A stretch of 64,000 nucleotides of DNA from Octopus vulgaris. Lineage: Eukaryota. The position numbers and the translations under genes were made by a program. Numbering within the stretch: position 1 is the stretch's first letter; each line of letters starts with the position of its first letter. Shown in pieces: positions 49,255 to 64,000 of this stretch. A model generated the notes under the pieces. It worked only from the letters and a program-made list of their open reading frames with translations. It was not told the DNA's origin and searched no databases. Location of the stretch: assembly GCA_951406725.2 (NCBI GenBank), contig OX597818.1, positions 78,430,001-78,494,000 on the forward strand, written 5' to 3'.

Positions 49255-51650
49255 CTAGTAATGCATCCTTGCGTTGCCCGGGTGTTATGACCTACAGCCA
49301 TATTGTATTATTTGTTTCTTTCTTATAGGAAGAATCGGCACATGAGAAGTGTGAAGCAAACAACTCTTGTTTATAAACATGTTTTTCGGTCATTTTGTGA
49401 TGAATAATGCGGAAAGTGTTGACACCAAAATCATGTAGAGTGGCAGCTTAGATTAGAATGAAATCCTAAGATTGCCTCCAAAATGACCTAGACTTACGGA
49501 TGTAAAGAATTGGGTGGCGTATGAGGACGTAGAGGTATCCGTATTGCAGAAAGTAAGATACATTGAAAGAAAGCTGCTTCATTGTGAAAAGCACCATTTC
49601 TATAATGTTTGGACAGACTGTACACTTCAACATACGTTAAGTGAAGCCGACAATGCCCCTGGGTAAACTATGTTTTGCGTAAGTCCAGTGTTGGTTGAAT
49701 AAATATACAAGTCATCTGTACTGCTAACTCGAGAGCATACGACATATAGTTGTCCATGAGATGAGCAGGGTATTTGTAAATTGAGACCCACAATTTTTAA
49801 AATCTGACCCTGGGTTTTCTTGATTGTCATAGCGAAACACAATCGTACTGGGAACTGGAGGCGCTTGAATTGAAATAGCACATTTAAGAGAATAAGGGTC
49901 ATGCGTGGAATGTATGCGATTTCTCTTCAGTGGCAGCCAGCAATAATGGTTGCTTCTAGGATATGACTTATCATTGTAGTTACAGTCAATCTTGTACCAT
50001 TGAATAGTCGTGGTGGTTTTTCGAAATTCCTCAAGAGCATGATAGGTGCACCTTTCTCTAGGAACGACTTATGAGGTGGCAGTTTTGTGGGTTGTCGGGA
50101 GTTGAGAAATTCAACTGGATACTGAAGTGCGGCATGTTCATCGATGGTAGTACCAATGGAGACAAACATTAAAGCATCTCCAGGTAGACTGTGGAGGAGT
50201 TCATGTTTTAATTTATCAAAGTTTTCATTCCAAGGTACTAAAATAGGTCTCTCTGCGAACCATGCTATATTTTTGAAGTTGTCGTGCAATGTGAGAAATG
50301 CCTTTTCTTTAAGCTCGGTCAAAGTAGACACCATGTGCCCACGTTGCAGAACATACTGTTGCAGGGTGTTATTCAACGTAAGGTATCATTTCCAATTTGT
50401 AGAAGTTGATGAGAGAATTCCTCAGCCAGGAGTCGTTGCAGAGATGAGTTCGCATATTCTTGCTTAATGAAAGCTAACGAACAAACTTCCACAGAGATGA
50501 AGACTTCAGACACGCATAAATCTCGTCAGCTCGCGAACCCCATGGTATGACTGGTAATATTTGACGGAAATATCCTGCGAGGACAACAGTTATGCCCCAC
50601 CCCATTATGGCAGTATTGATTCTAATATCCCTTAGTGACCTATCTAGGGCTTCTAGTGCACCACGGTGTGCCATTGGACATTCATCCCAGACAATAAGTG
50701 TAGTTTGGAGTAGCACTTCCGCCGTCGATGATCGTTTTGAAATATTGTACATTTGGGCATCGCTGAAGTGAGTTTTCTTGAGAACGAATAGAGGCAGTTT
50801 TCTTTGCAGCCCTTGTCTGTGGAGATAAATTAGAATGTCCTCGTTTTGGTGACATGGCTGAAAAAAAGCGTACGATTAAGAAACTTATAAGATGGAAGAC
50901 ATAGCAACTTGAAGTTGTGCATTGTATAATTTCATTTTTTTAGTAACGAATGAAGAGATGTGGAAAAATCCATATGTCAATTTGTATACCGTTATTATGA
51001 GAAGAAGCCGTAAATTCTGAATGATTTGGCTGTTCTGTGTTGATAAGCGTAATGTATTCTGTCAACTGATATATAGTGGAGTGGATTACTGGAGTAATGG
51101 AAGTTATTGTTTGTCCAGAAGTGAAGCGTTGGGGAGGTACAATTTGCATGAAAGTGATTTATGTTCTTAAGAAGGATCATAAACTATGTACTGTTTCATC
51201 GAATAAAAAGGGGTTAATATAATTTTGCCCAGAAATCACGTTTTCAGAATTATAATTTCTCCCCTCCCCACCGAAATTTCCTAATTTTTAACTGTTTTTC
51301 GAATGTTGTTTTTTATCCACGTGGAATAATACAGAGATTACGAATGTGGGAAATATAATTTGCTTTTGAAAGCTTAATTTTTCTGAAAGAAATACTGAAT
51401 GCTACTTCCACCACGTCTGTCACCCAACAGCTATCTGATTGCGAAATGTTTTCCCCCACCATAGTTCCGGACACCATTAATGAACGCATTTGCATACAGC
51501 CAACCAGATATCACTTTGACCTTGTCAAGTTAGCAAACACATTCTACCAAGTAACCTCAAGACTAAGGACGGTGTCGACCGATCGCCAAGTTATGCCTGA
51601 TTTTAGACGACAAGTAATTACATAGATTTGTATCTATACTTATTATCGGA
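49255..51650 (-). mobile_element. Helitron, internally deleted, with PIF1-family helicase pseudogene (about 49627-50760)
   Basis: LIVWDECPMAHR..LDRSLRDIR; LAGYFRQILPVIP; YPVEFLNS; GAPIMLLRN..NGTRL; FKRLQFPVRLCFAMTIKKTQGQ..HGQLYVVCSRV. 3' end CTAG|T at 49255 after a GC-rich remnant hairpin; candidate 5' A|TC at 51650 is less certain. Confidence 0.88.
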
Positions 51651-52881
51651 TTTTGTTAGGGTCCCACATGGTAAAGATGTGAATGGGGAAATGTGGGTAG
51701 AGGGTGATGTGCTAGCAACCCTCTCCCCTTACTGTTTTAGAAAGTAAACAACAACACAACTACGCATAGACAGCCATGGTTGAAAGAAGAGCAAGAACAC
51801 AAGCATTAACAAAAGAATAAAGAAGTATAGTCATTCCTTATCCAAGTGACCTTATCTTATTGCTCATCACTTGTTATGCGCTCATAAATTAGTTTGATAG
51901 TTGAGCTCTGATTGGTTGTATGCAAATGAGTTCATAACTGAGGTCCGGAACTCTCGTAGGAAAAAAAATTTCGTTACCCGCTTTCGGGAGAAAGGCAAAT
52001 CTCCTGCATGTAAAACACAGGAATGTGAGTAAATTGAGGAAAGAAATAATGGGTGAGTTAATCAAATGTCATCTCGGACATGCTAGAAACAACAGGTAAA
52101 GTACAGGATTTCTGAGATAACTTCCTTGTAAGTTTAAATAGAAGATCAGGTTTTGAAATATGCTCATCACAAACAGGAATGAGAGAATATGAAAAATTAA
52201 TTTCCATAGGATTTGAGCTGTAATTTAGTGCAAACCAAAAAAATAACATAATTCATACAGAACTTTAACTGTGTGTGTATGCCAAAGGAAGTTATTTTTG
52301 CATACCTTCCTTAATTCCAAAAGAAGGAAATGTTATGAAGTTGTAACATGTTGACAGCATAAGGTCTCCGTACATTATAATGAGAAATTGAAAGAGAGAG
52401 ATAATGCCTAATTTTACGCACGCGTGAAACATGGAACGAAAGTGAAAATGTGCGGCCCGATCTTGTTTCTGGAATTCTCAGCATCTCCTTCTCTCCCACT
52501 TTCCCCCTCTCTTTGTGTCGGCTTTCTTTCACCTCACCTTTAGAACATACATACAGTATCAACTTTCTGTCGGCTTTCTTTCACTTTCAGCTATAGAACA
52601 TACATAGGGTATGAAACATCAGCATTTCTCTCTCATACGCTATCCCTATTTTTCATCTTTTACTATAGAAACTTGTTCTCTGTCTCTGTTTCTTTCTCTT
52701 GTCTCTCTATCTTTTTCTCATTCTGTGTTTCTCTAGCTCATTCCGTAAAAAAATTATTTGTTTATACTTTGAAGAGAGCAGAAATTGAAAGAAAAGAAAA
52801 AGCGAAAAGAGGAGAAAGAGCAGAAAGTGAAGGAGATGAGAAAATGAAAGATGTATGTACGTATGTGTGCGTGCGTGTGTG

Positions 52882-52968
<87 letters not shown>

Positions 52969-53509
52969 CAGTTCGCAACATTACTAAATGGCCAAGAAGC
53001 CTGCAGCGTAACTGCGAGTCTTGGGTTCGGCTTCATTGCATGGCAGCCTGTGCAAATGTAATATTCAATATTCTTGAGCTGACCCATATCTCTTGAGTGA
53101 AACTGGGTCAATGAAAACTGTACAGAAACACGCCGGATGGAGTGCAGCGGTAATTCAGTGGTGCAGCTTTGTCACATACTGTATCATGCTGACTCGGCCT
53201 TAGAATTACCATTATGGATTATAAACAAATACCAAAGAATTGAAAGTTGTCTGCAGCAAATGATATTTTGAGCAATTACAAATATAATATAAACAAATTA
53301 TACACCCACAAAGCCATATTTCGGTGAATATGGCCTTGTCAAAGTTCATATAAATTACAATACCTTTAGGAACTTTTCCGAATCTTATTAGATACGCATT
53401 TGCTGGATTATAGACAGTGAAAGAAGGGTGAGGTTGAAAAATTACGAATATGGAGCTACGAAACAACATCGTGCAAAATAGATGAGATTTGAACGTGACT
53501 TCATCCATT

Positions 53510-53560
53510 GACCGGCAGTTTCGAATAGACCGGCAGTTTCGAACTGACCGGCAGTTTCGA
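53510..53560. repeat. 3 x 18-bp tandem repeat GACCGGCAGTTTCGA(ata/act)
   Basis: Direct reading; lies in a CpG-rich patch at about 53440-53715. Confidence 0.85.
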
Positions 53561-53835
53561 CAGTCAGTACGATGAGCAATTGGCTGTTTAGAAGAGTTTG
53601 TGTACGAAAGTGAAACGGCAACGGTGCGAAACGCAAATTAATTATTTACGACATGGACGTTGAAGCATAAATTAACATGAATTTTACTAAAGCCGTTTTC
53701 GTCGAAATATCGTTTTTCAGGATAAATAATAATCTACAATAAATTGTTTAATTTAAAAGTATTTCATTCCAGACAGCTTCCTACTGATTAATATTTATGT
53801 GAATGGGTGTGTCTGAGTGAGTGCACATACATACA

Positions 53836-53910
<75 letters not shown>

Positions 53911-53913
<3 letters not shown>

Positions 53914-54310
53914 AGTGGCTGTGTGGTAAGTAGCTTGTTTACCAATCACATGGTTCCGGGTTCACTGCGTGGCACCTTGGGCAAGTGTCTTCTACTATGG
54001 CCTCGGGCCGACCAAAGCCTTGTGAGTGGATTTGGCAGACGGAAACTGAAAAGAAGCCCATCGTATATATGTATATATATATATATATATATATGCGTGT
54101 GTGTGTTTGTGTGTCTGTGTTTGTCCCCCTAGCATTGCTTGACAACCGATGCTGGTGTGTTTATGTCCCCGTTATTTAGCGGTTCGGCAAAAGAGACCGA
54201 TAGCATAAGTACTGGGCTTACAAAAGAATAAGTCCCGGGGTCGAGTTGCTCGATTAAAGGCGGTGCTCCAGCATGGCCGCTGTCAAATGACTGAAACAAG
54301 TAAAAGAGTA
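53911..54310 (+). mobile_element. Family-D SINE, full length, with internal (TA)(TG) tract
   Basis: aggagtggctgtgtggtaag..ggcaccttgggcaagtgtcttctac..gcggttcggcaaaagagaccgatag..atgactgaaacaagtaaaaga. Confidence 0.88.
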
Positions 54311-54340
54311 TATATATATATATACATATATATATGTATG

Positions 54341-54390
<50 letters not shown>

Positions 54391-54527
54391 TCCGCACCAA
54401 CGCACGGTTGCAACACTATATGGTTGTACCTCCAACCGTGCTGTTTTACTGCTGTGATTTTTGCTACTAAGGTATCGGTTAAACTTTTGATTAATCTACT
54501 ACAAGATTATTCATCTTTCTATTTCAC

Positions 54528-54577
<50 letters not shown>

Positions 54578-54604
54578 TATATATATATATATAATATATA
54601 TATT

Positions 54605-55816
54605 CAGATATGACAAAAGTAAATAGACACCCTCATAATCATTAAAATTTATTGAAATCTTAAATTATACATTCTAATGTGAATATCTAATATTTAGTAG
54701 ACATGCTTTTTGCTTTTTCCAATGCAAGGATCCTATAAGGCATGCTGCCGATCAGATGATGAATATTCTCTTGGGGAATTTCTTGCCAAGTTTCATGCAG
54801 TAACCTCAAAATATCTGGCTTTGAGGAAGCTTTCTTGTTCTTTTTACGCAGTGTCCTATCCATTATGCCCCAGAAGTATTCAACAGAGTTCATATCTGGT
54901 GACTAGCTTGTCCTTGAAAGTTTTTTAATGCCATTCTTTTCCAACTAATCTTGGGTCTTTTTAGCCGTGTGTCAAGAAGCCTCATCTTCCATAGATAAAG
55001 AGTCTTCTTTAATCATTTCACCATTGGAGAAGATTGGAAGGAGTCCTTTCTGCAATAAGGACACATATTTATCTGAATTTATGTTTCCATCACACTCCAC
55101 CAACTCTGATTGACCATTACTCCAAATTGCTCCCCAGACCATCACAGAATAGCTGCCTTGTTTCAATGTTGGCAACAATCTTTTCAAGTCAAATTCTTGA
55201 TTACAGAGTCTCCAGACCAATATTTGACCACTGACAGAAAATACAGCAAATCTGGACTCATTAGAGAATATGATAGTGTCCCAAAATGCTAGCGACTACT
55301 CCATCACCTCACTCACCCTAATGTTTTCTCCACTTGATATTGGCTGGTTGAATTGGCTTCCTTCTTGCTGCTCTGTCATAGTAGCCAAGTTTGTGGAGAT
55401 ACCTGACAGCTGTTCTGAGACTGACATCAGCTTGTTCTGCTATGTTAGAGGCCTTGCAATGAGGATTATCCTTCACAAAGCAAAGGGTCCTGTCCGAAGG
55501 CCCTGGTCAACCTGGGAAAGGTGATGTAAACTCCTTCCTCTCTCTGGTGGATTGCACAATTACCCTATTAACTGTAGAAAGCGGGTTCCCAAGATTTTCT
55601 GCAATTTTACGCTAAGTCCACTTTCAGACTGAGCCACAATACGCATCTTTGAAATCTGAATAGGTCCAAGGCTTCTTTTGTACGTGACATGATTAAACAG
55701 TCACGTATAGAACTTGAAACATAAAAATGTCCCTGATTAAAAAATATAAACCTTTCCAAGTTAAAATAAGAATAATACAATGTTTATGGGGTTTTTATTT
55801 ACTTCTATCATGTGTG
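54605..55816 (-). mobile_element. Tc1-family transposon fossil (DD34E)
   Basis: Imperfect TIRs CAGATATGACAAAAGTAAATAGACACCC and GGGGTTTTTATTTACTTCTATCATGTGTG. Motifs ILFSNESRF; VMVWGAI; MEDEAS*H; SPDMNSVEYFW; LIGSMPYRI. Confidence 0.88.
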
Positions 55817-56569
55817 TATATATATGTGTATATATATATCTTTATGTAGATATATGTATACATATATATGTGTGTGTGTCTGTACATATTTACTCACACA
55901 CATACACACACATATATGTATATATATATATATGTGTGTGTATATATATATATATTAACAAATATGCGCATGTGTATATATACATATACTGGTGTGTGAG
56001 ATGAAGGGGACAGTCACCTCAGGCTCAAATAAGGAACCCCAAACAATCCTGATTGAGAAAGCAAATATTCTTCGTACCACCATTGGGGTACATATTCAGA
56101 ACAGTTGATTTGCCAAGGCAACTTTTATTATTCTCACTCGCTTTTCCTCAAATTACCCTCTCTACTTCCATATTACCAGCAGAAAGACCATCCTGCGGCC
56201 AGATTCCCTATTTATGCATTGTTTCTGATATATTACGTCTAATTTTCTTTTGAAGCCTTTATTCGTTTAATAGTACTCACTTGATTGGTAAATTTAAGGT
56301 ATAATTACAGAAATGCACCCTGCCGAATTTGTTTCCTTATATATTTTTATGGAAAAATAGATTCTTTTTATTTCTACAAATAATTTCCATGTGGTGTGGA
56401 TTACAATTATCTCGGGGTTTGTGATGAAATTTTTGGAGTGGAATTTCGGAGAATTCACACGCTGGGGTTGTATTTCCCCATGGCTTTCAGAAAAATTAGT
56501 ATTTTTAAATGAAATTTCCACAAATAACTTTCAGATGATTTTAATGACAGAGATTAGCGACACTCTCTC

Positions 56570-56865
56570 GGTTACGACGACGAGGATTCCAGCCGACCTG
56601 ATCAACGGATCAGCCTGCTCGTGAAATTAATGTGCAAATGGCTGAACACTCCACACTGCCTTTAATATAGTTCTCGGTAGGATTTAGCATGTGACAAGGC
56701 TAGCGCTTTGAATTACAGGCAAAACTCATTTTTACCAGGTAAGTGGACTAGAACAACATGAAATAAAGTATCTTTCTCAAGAGCACAACGCACAACCGGG
56801 AATCGAACTCTCAGCCTCACAGCCTTGCGCCGAATACCCTAAACACTAAGCCACGTACCTTCACA
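56570..56865 (-). mobile_element. Family-B SINE (degenerate)
   Basis: Reverse complement of the 45007-45320 type. Confidence 0.75.
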
Positions 56866-56999
56866 GATTTAGATTGAAATGATATAGAAATTTAATGTGG
56901 AAAGAAATGGTGAGAAATGGATATTTTTAGCTGATAAGGCCCTATAAATTTGAAACATGTCCACTAATCTCACTGGTTATCTTCTATATTTATTCAAAG

Positions 57000-57382
57000 A
57001 GAGAGAAGGAAAGAGAGAGAGAAAGAAAGAGAGAGAGAGACTGAATGAAACAGACATAGATTTAAAGAGAGGAACTGCAGAGGGTGAGGGAGAATATGTG
57101 TAGGCAAGAGAAACAGAGAATGAGAAAAAGAAAGCGAAGAGAGAAATAAGTAGAGAGAATCGGTTGAAAATTGCAGAAGTCGAAGAGAGAGAATTGGTTG
57201 AAAACTGCAGTTTTTAGAGAAAAACCCATGTGAAAGAACTTTTCCGGCTCTCTCAGTGCTTGACTATCCTTGGCACATAAGTAATATTATGTAAAGTTTG
57301 GTGAAAATCGGTTGAAAACTGTAGAAATGCATACGTACTACACACACACACACACACACATCCTTTGTTTTATATATATAGA
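57000..57382 (-). mobile_element. Non-autonomous Helitron-like element 5' part
   Basis: Minus strand a|TCtatatatataaaa..(tg)n..tcaaccgattttcaccaaactttaca; internal repeats of aatcggttgaaaactg. Confidence 0.55.
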
Positions 57383-57885
57383 TAGGATAATCAGTTGGCA
57401 CAATCGTTAGAGAGGTGGACAATGCACTGTAGTATTTATACTATCTCTTTGCTTTCTAAGATCAAATCTCTCCCCACCAATGTTCACTTTGCCTTTCAGC
57501 ATTTTGAGATTGATAAAATAAAGTACAAGCTCGAGACGATTCATCTCATTCTCTTTATTCTTTCTTCTTTTCTCTTTCAAAATTGGCTGCGTTATTTTTT
57601 TAGATGAATGTGGAGAACAACCGTATCACTTTCCTTCAAGATCACCATTTTCAATCTATCACAATTGAAGAATATGAACCTCGATGATTTGTCATTAGCA
57701 TGTAATATAATTATGATGTTGTGAACGAGAGATACTGCGGTATGCGTATCCTGCATGCGTAAAAGTCATACTGAGCATTTTCCCTTGGTCATATTGCTAT
57801 GGATGAAGAATGTCTATTCTCTTTCTCTCTCTGTCTCTGGCTCTTTTTCAGTGTTTATATATCTCTCTCTCTCTTCTTTTTTCTC

Positions 57886-57923
<38 letters not shown>

Positions 57924-57980
57924 TTTTTTTTCTCTCTCTCTCTTTCTTTCTCTCTCTCTCTCTCGCTCTTTCTTTCTCTT

Positions 57981-58048
<68 letters not shown>

Positions 58049-58329
58049 ACACCCACTCTTACTCATCCACTCTTTCCCGTCATGTGCCATTCCTTCGAGC
58101 CAAGATATGAAGATTCTAAATTATCGTTTTATGTTTTAAATATCCTTCGAAACAGTTTATATTTATTATCTCCATGGGTAATCTTGATAATCTCAGTTTA
58201 TCAAAATTTTTCAGCTCACTTCGTTCCATATGTGAAACTACAACTTATCGCTTGGTATTTCACTACCACTTATAGCTTGGGTTTTCATTGTTTTATGTCC
58301 ATTCCTATCTATCAGTAGACATCAGGTTT

Positions 58330-58536
58330 TGTGCAGTTCTATATTTAAGAGATGGGGAATTATGTACATTATATACATTATTTACATTTCACGGATATTT
58401 ATCCACATCTTGTTTGTTGTTAACATAACGTTTCAGCTCATGTACCCTCCAGCGTTCATCAGGTGTCTTGGGAAATTTCGAACCTGGGTTCTCATTCCTA
58501 AGGGATTTTTGGATGTTGGTGTTGTTGTTGTTGTTG

Positions 58537-58605
<69 letters not shown>

Positions 58606-58676
58606 TCACTGCCTGGAATCGAACGCGGAATCTTGGGGTTAGTAGCCCGCGCTCTTAACCACTACTCTACAAGCCC
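58330..58676 (-). mobile_element. tRNA-headed SINE-like element with internal (AAT/AAC)n and a degenerate hammerhead (58422-58467)
   Basis: Minus: gtagtggttaagagcg (A box)..gttcgattcc (B box), (aat)n(aac)n, then GACAC CUGAUGA acgcuggaggguacaugagcu GAAAC GUU AUGUU. Confidence 0.65.
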
Positions 58677-59259
58677 GTGGTTTTGTATTTTCTATTACTA
58701 TCTATCCTATCATTAGACATGAGCTAACGTACCTATGTGAAGGCTCGTGACCTAGTAAGGATGTTGCGCTCAGGAACATAAGATCGTGGTTTCGATTCTT
58801 GGACCAGGTGGTACGTGTTCTTGGGCTCCAGTCTACTCATATTGTTCGGCTCTACTCAATTATAAATAAGTTCCAGCCATAGCTGGGAAGTTGACCCTAC
58901 GACGAACATACGTCCCATCTAGGATGTGTGGTGTTGTAATCTCAGCCCCATATACGCCGTAGAAACCGAGTTAAGCTCCAACCTTATGAGCCCTAAGACT
59001 TATGACTGACCTAAATTGTAAGGGACCAGTAACATACTGGTACCTTACTAATTTTATTTTTATTGTCGACGTATCTACGAAATTCTCCTTGAACCTTTCA
59101 TCCTTTTGGGGTCGATGAAATTAAGTTGGGAACTAGGACGATGAATTGGCGGAATTGGTGAACAAAAAAAAATGTTTAGCATTATTTATGGTGACCGGTT
59201 TTACGTTCTTAGTTCCGATGTCAGTGATATGAACTTACCTGTATCTAAATGACAATAGT

Positions 59260-59570
59260 GTGGAGACACATGGCCTAGTGGTCAGAGCAGCGGACTCGCG
59301 GTCGAAGGATCGCGGGTTCGAATCTCAGACCGGGCGATGTATGTGTTTATGAGCGAAAACACCTAAGCTCCACGTGGCTCCGGCAGAAGGTAATGCCGAA
59401 CTTCTGCTTACTCTTTCGCCACAACTATCTCTCACTCTTCCTCCTGCATCTTGCAGCTCACCTGCGACGGACCGGCGTCCCGTTCAGGTGGGGAACCTAT
59501 ACGCTAAGGAAGCCAGGAAACCGGCCCTTATGAGCCAGGCGTGGATCGAGAAGGAACAAAGAAGAAACAA
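59260..59570 (+). mobile_element. Family-C-headed SINE with the 'cctgcgacggaccggcgtcccg' tail
   Basis: Head atggcctagtggtcagagcagcggactcgcgg..ggttcgaatc; flanking duplication AAATGACAATA. Confidence 0.82.
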
Positions 59571-59739
59571 ATGACAATATAGTGTCTTCTGCAAAGGCGG
59601 CGAGCTAGCAAAATCATTAGTACGCTTTGTCCCCCAGTTTTGGGGGACAGGTCAATTGAGTTTGTTTTTTAATCATAGTTCTAAATTTTTACCCCACCAT
59701 CATGGAGAAAATACAACAAAATACGGTGACGTTCATATG

Positions 59740-62580
<2,841 letters not shown>

Positions 62581-62632
62581 GATTGAGGTAACTCTTCCCG
62601 AAGGTATACACAAGCAAAACAAAAAAAAAGAG

Positions 62633-62801
62633 TGCCATTGTTATCAAGTGAACGATATTTCGGCATCTAGTGTGCCTTCCACAGGTTCAAAAAATAAACT
62701 TGTCAATATTACCAAAAATGAAGTAGATTGACAAGTTTATTTTTTGAACCTGTGGAAAACTCGCTAGATGCCGAAATATCGTTCACTTGATAACAATGGC
62801 A
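62633..62801. repeat. Inverted repeat with arms of about 75 bp and a 19-bp spacer
   Basis: TGCCATTGTTATCAAGTGAACGATATTTCGGCATCTAG..TTGTCAAT and ATTGACAA..CTAGATGCCGAAATATCGTTCACTTGATAACAATGGCA. Confidence 0.9.
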
Positions 62802-62869
62802 ATCTTTTTATTTATTTTTTTTTTTGCTATTATTATCATTATTATTATTTGAAAACTGTTGTATATTCC

Positions 62870-63700
62870 TTTAGTTAGAGGGTGTTGTCTTGAGCTTTGC
62901 TGTCAAGATGTTTTCTCAAAACACAAAAAAAATCTTTCTTAGATACCTTGCAGAATACAGAATGGCATATTTCTGCTCGTCGACAATTCATGCCATAGTT
63001 CCAAAATCCTTCAACATTTTAGGTTGTTAAAAGTACACTAATTACCACGGAACAATTGTCTTCCACAATCTCATCTCTTTGGCAAGGTCTTGATATTTCT
63101 CACTTTTCTTTATTTATTTGGTATCCTGTGTTATCATATGGCATTGCAAAATATACGATCTTACACTGTTAGTATTCTTTTAATTCTCTACAGTCATATC
63201 TGTCGCTATTGCTTCAATATTACGCTCAGTGTTTAAGAAGAAATCTCATCTCATAAAATTCTGTAATTATTATTTACCACCACATACTCCAGCTCGTATT
63301 CATACCACTTTTCTGTCACATTGAATCCATACATTCGGCTTACATCCCGACACAGTCATAGCAGCGTTTACTACATTCAGTTCAGACGTGGTTCATACTT
63401 TCGTCTCTTTTTCCACACATTTTGTGTTTGCTCTCTGGCTGAGTTTTAGCAATCTTTGCCTTTATCAAATTCGTGCCCATACTTTTTTTCCTAATGGCTA
63501 TTATTATTATTTTTATTGTTCATATACGCACACACAGATTAGACTGTTAGAAAAGAAAAATTCCTAACATCGGGCTACAAGTAACCTTTGATGCCAAGAA
63601 CCCTCCAAAGTATCCTTGCTGCCCCTAATAACACTATTTTCTAGAGCTATACTAGACTGGTTTTATGCCTATTTCCTCTATCCGTCTGTTCAAATCTTTA
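62870..63700 (-). mobile_element. Degenerate R4/Dong LINE 3' fragment
   Basis: KSEKYQDLAKEMRLW; QKYAILYSARYL. Confidence 0.6.
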
Positions 63701-64000
63701 GGAATTTTTGTTTACGTTATTGTTGCTTTGTTTTATACGAGCGGTAACAGCAAGTCGGACGTTTTACTATGGGTGTTATTCGTAATTTGCAATGATACAG
63801 TATATGTGAAAGAGCTAAAATTTGAGAACTAAGATTTTATTAAGTGTATGATATTTCTGTTTTGATAGAGTTTCATGAATTATCAGGTGTTTTCAAATTT
63901 ACTTTGCTTTTTTTATGATGTGGGTAGTAAAATACTTTGTGGTTGTGACGCTTTGGGAGCTTCCTAGTATTTGGCCATAGTGTTTAGGAGCGCATTTTCG

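Noticed and set aside
49627-50752. Host PIF1 helicase gene
   Set aside because: Intronless, frameshifted and followed by a Helitron CTAG 3' end, so it is transposon-derived.

Overview
AT-rich, microsatellite-dense eukaryotic DNA with no recognisable host protein-coding gene; nearly all ORF-track entries are simple-repeat or antisense artefacts. The repeat landscape suggests a cephalopod (Octopus-like) intergenic or intronic region (inference). It contains at least four tRNA-derived SINE families, four Penelope-like element (PLE) remnants, R4/Dong, Tx1/L1 and RTE LINE relics, mariner and Tc1 fossils, Helitrons, and TIR elements carrying TTAGGG tracts. Three things stand out. (1) A PLE ORF (10233->6920, minus strand) reads hydrophobic leader, 2A-like 'SVEPNPGP', PLE N-terminal motif, Ulp1/SENP-like cysteine protease, then PLE reverse transcriptase; protease and RT-proximal motifs share one frame. 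(2) There are at least eight type I hammerhead ribozyme motifs, including an intact one in a 304-bp tandem retrozyme-like unit (29847-30371) and a degenerate one in a tRNA-headed SINE-like element. (3) A TIR family has a 6-bp TSD and internal telomeric repeats. All calls were made by eye, and boundaries of degraded elements are approximate.
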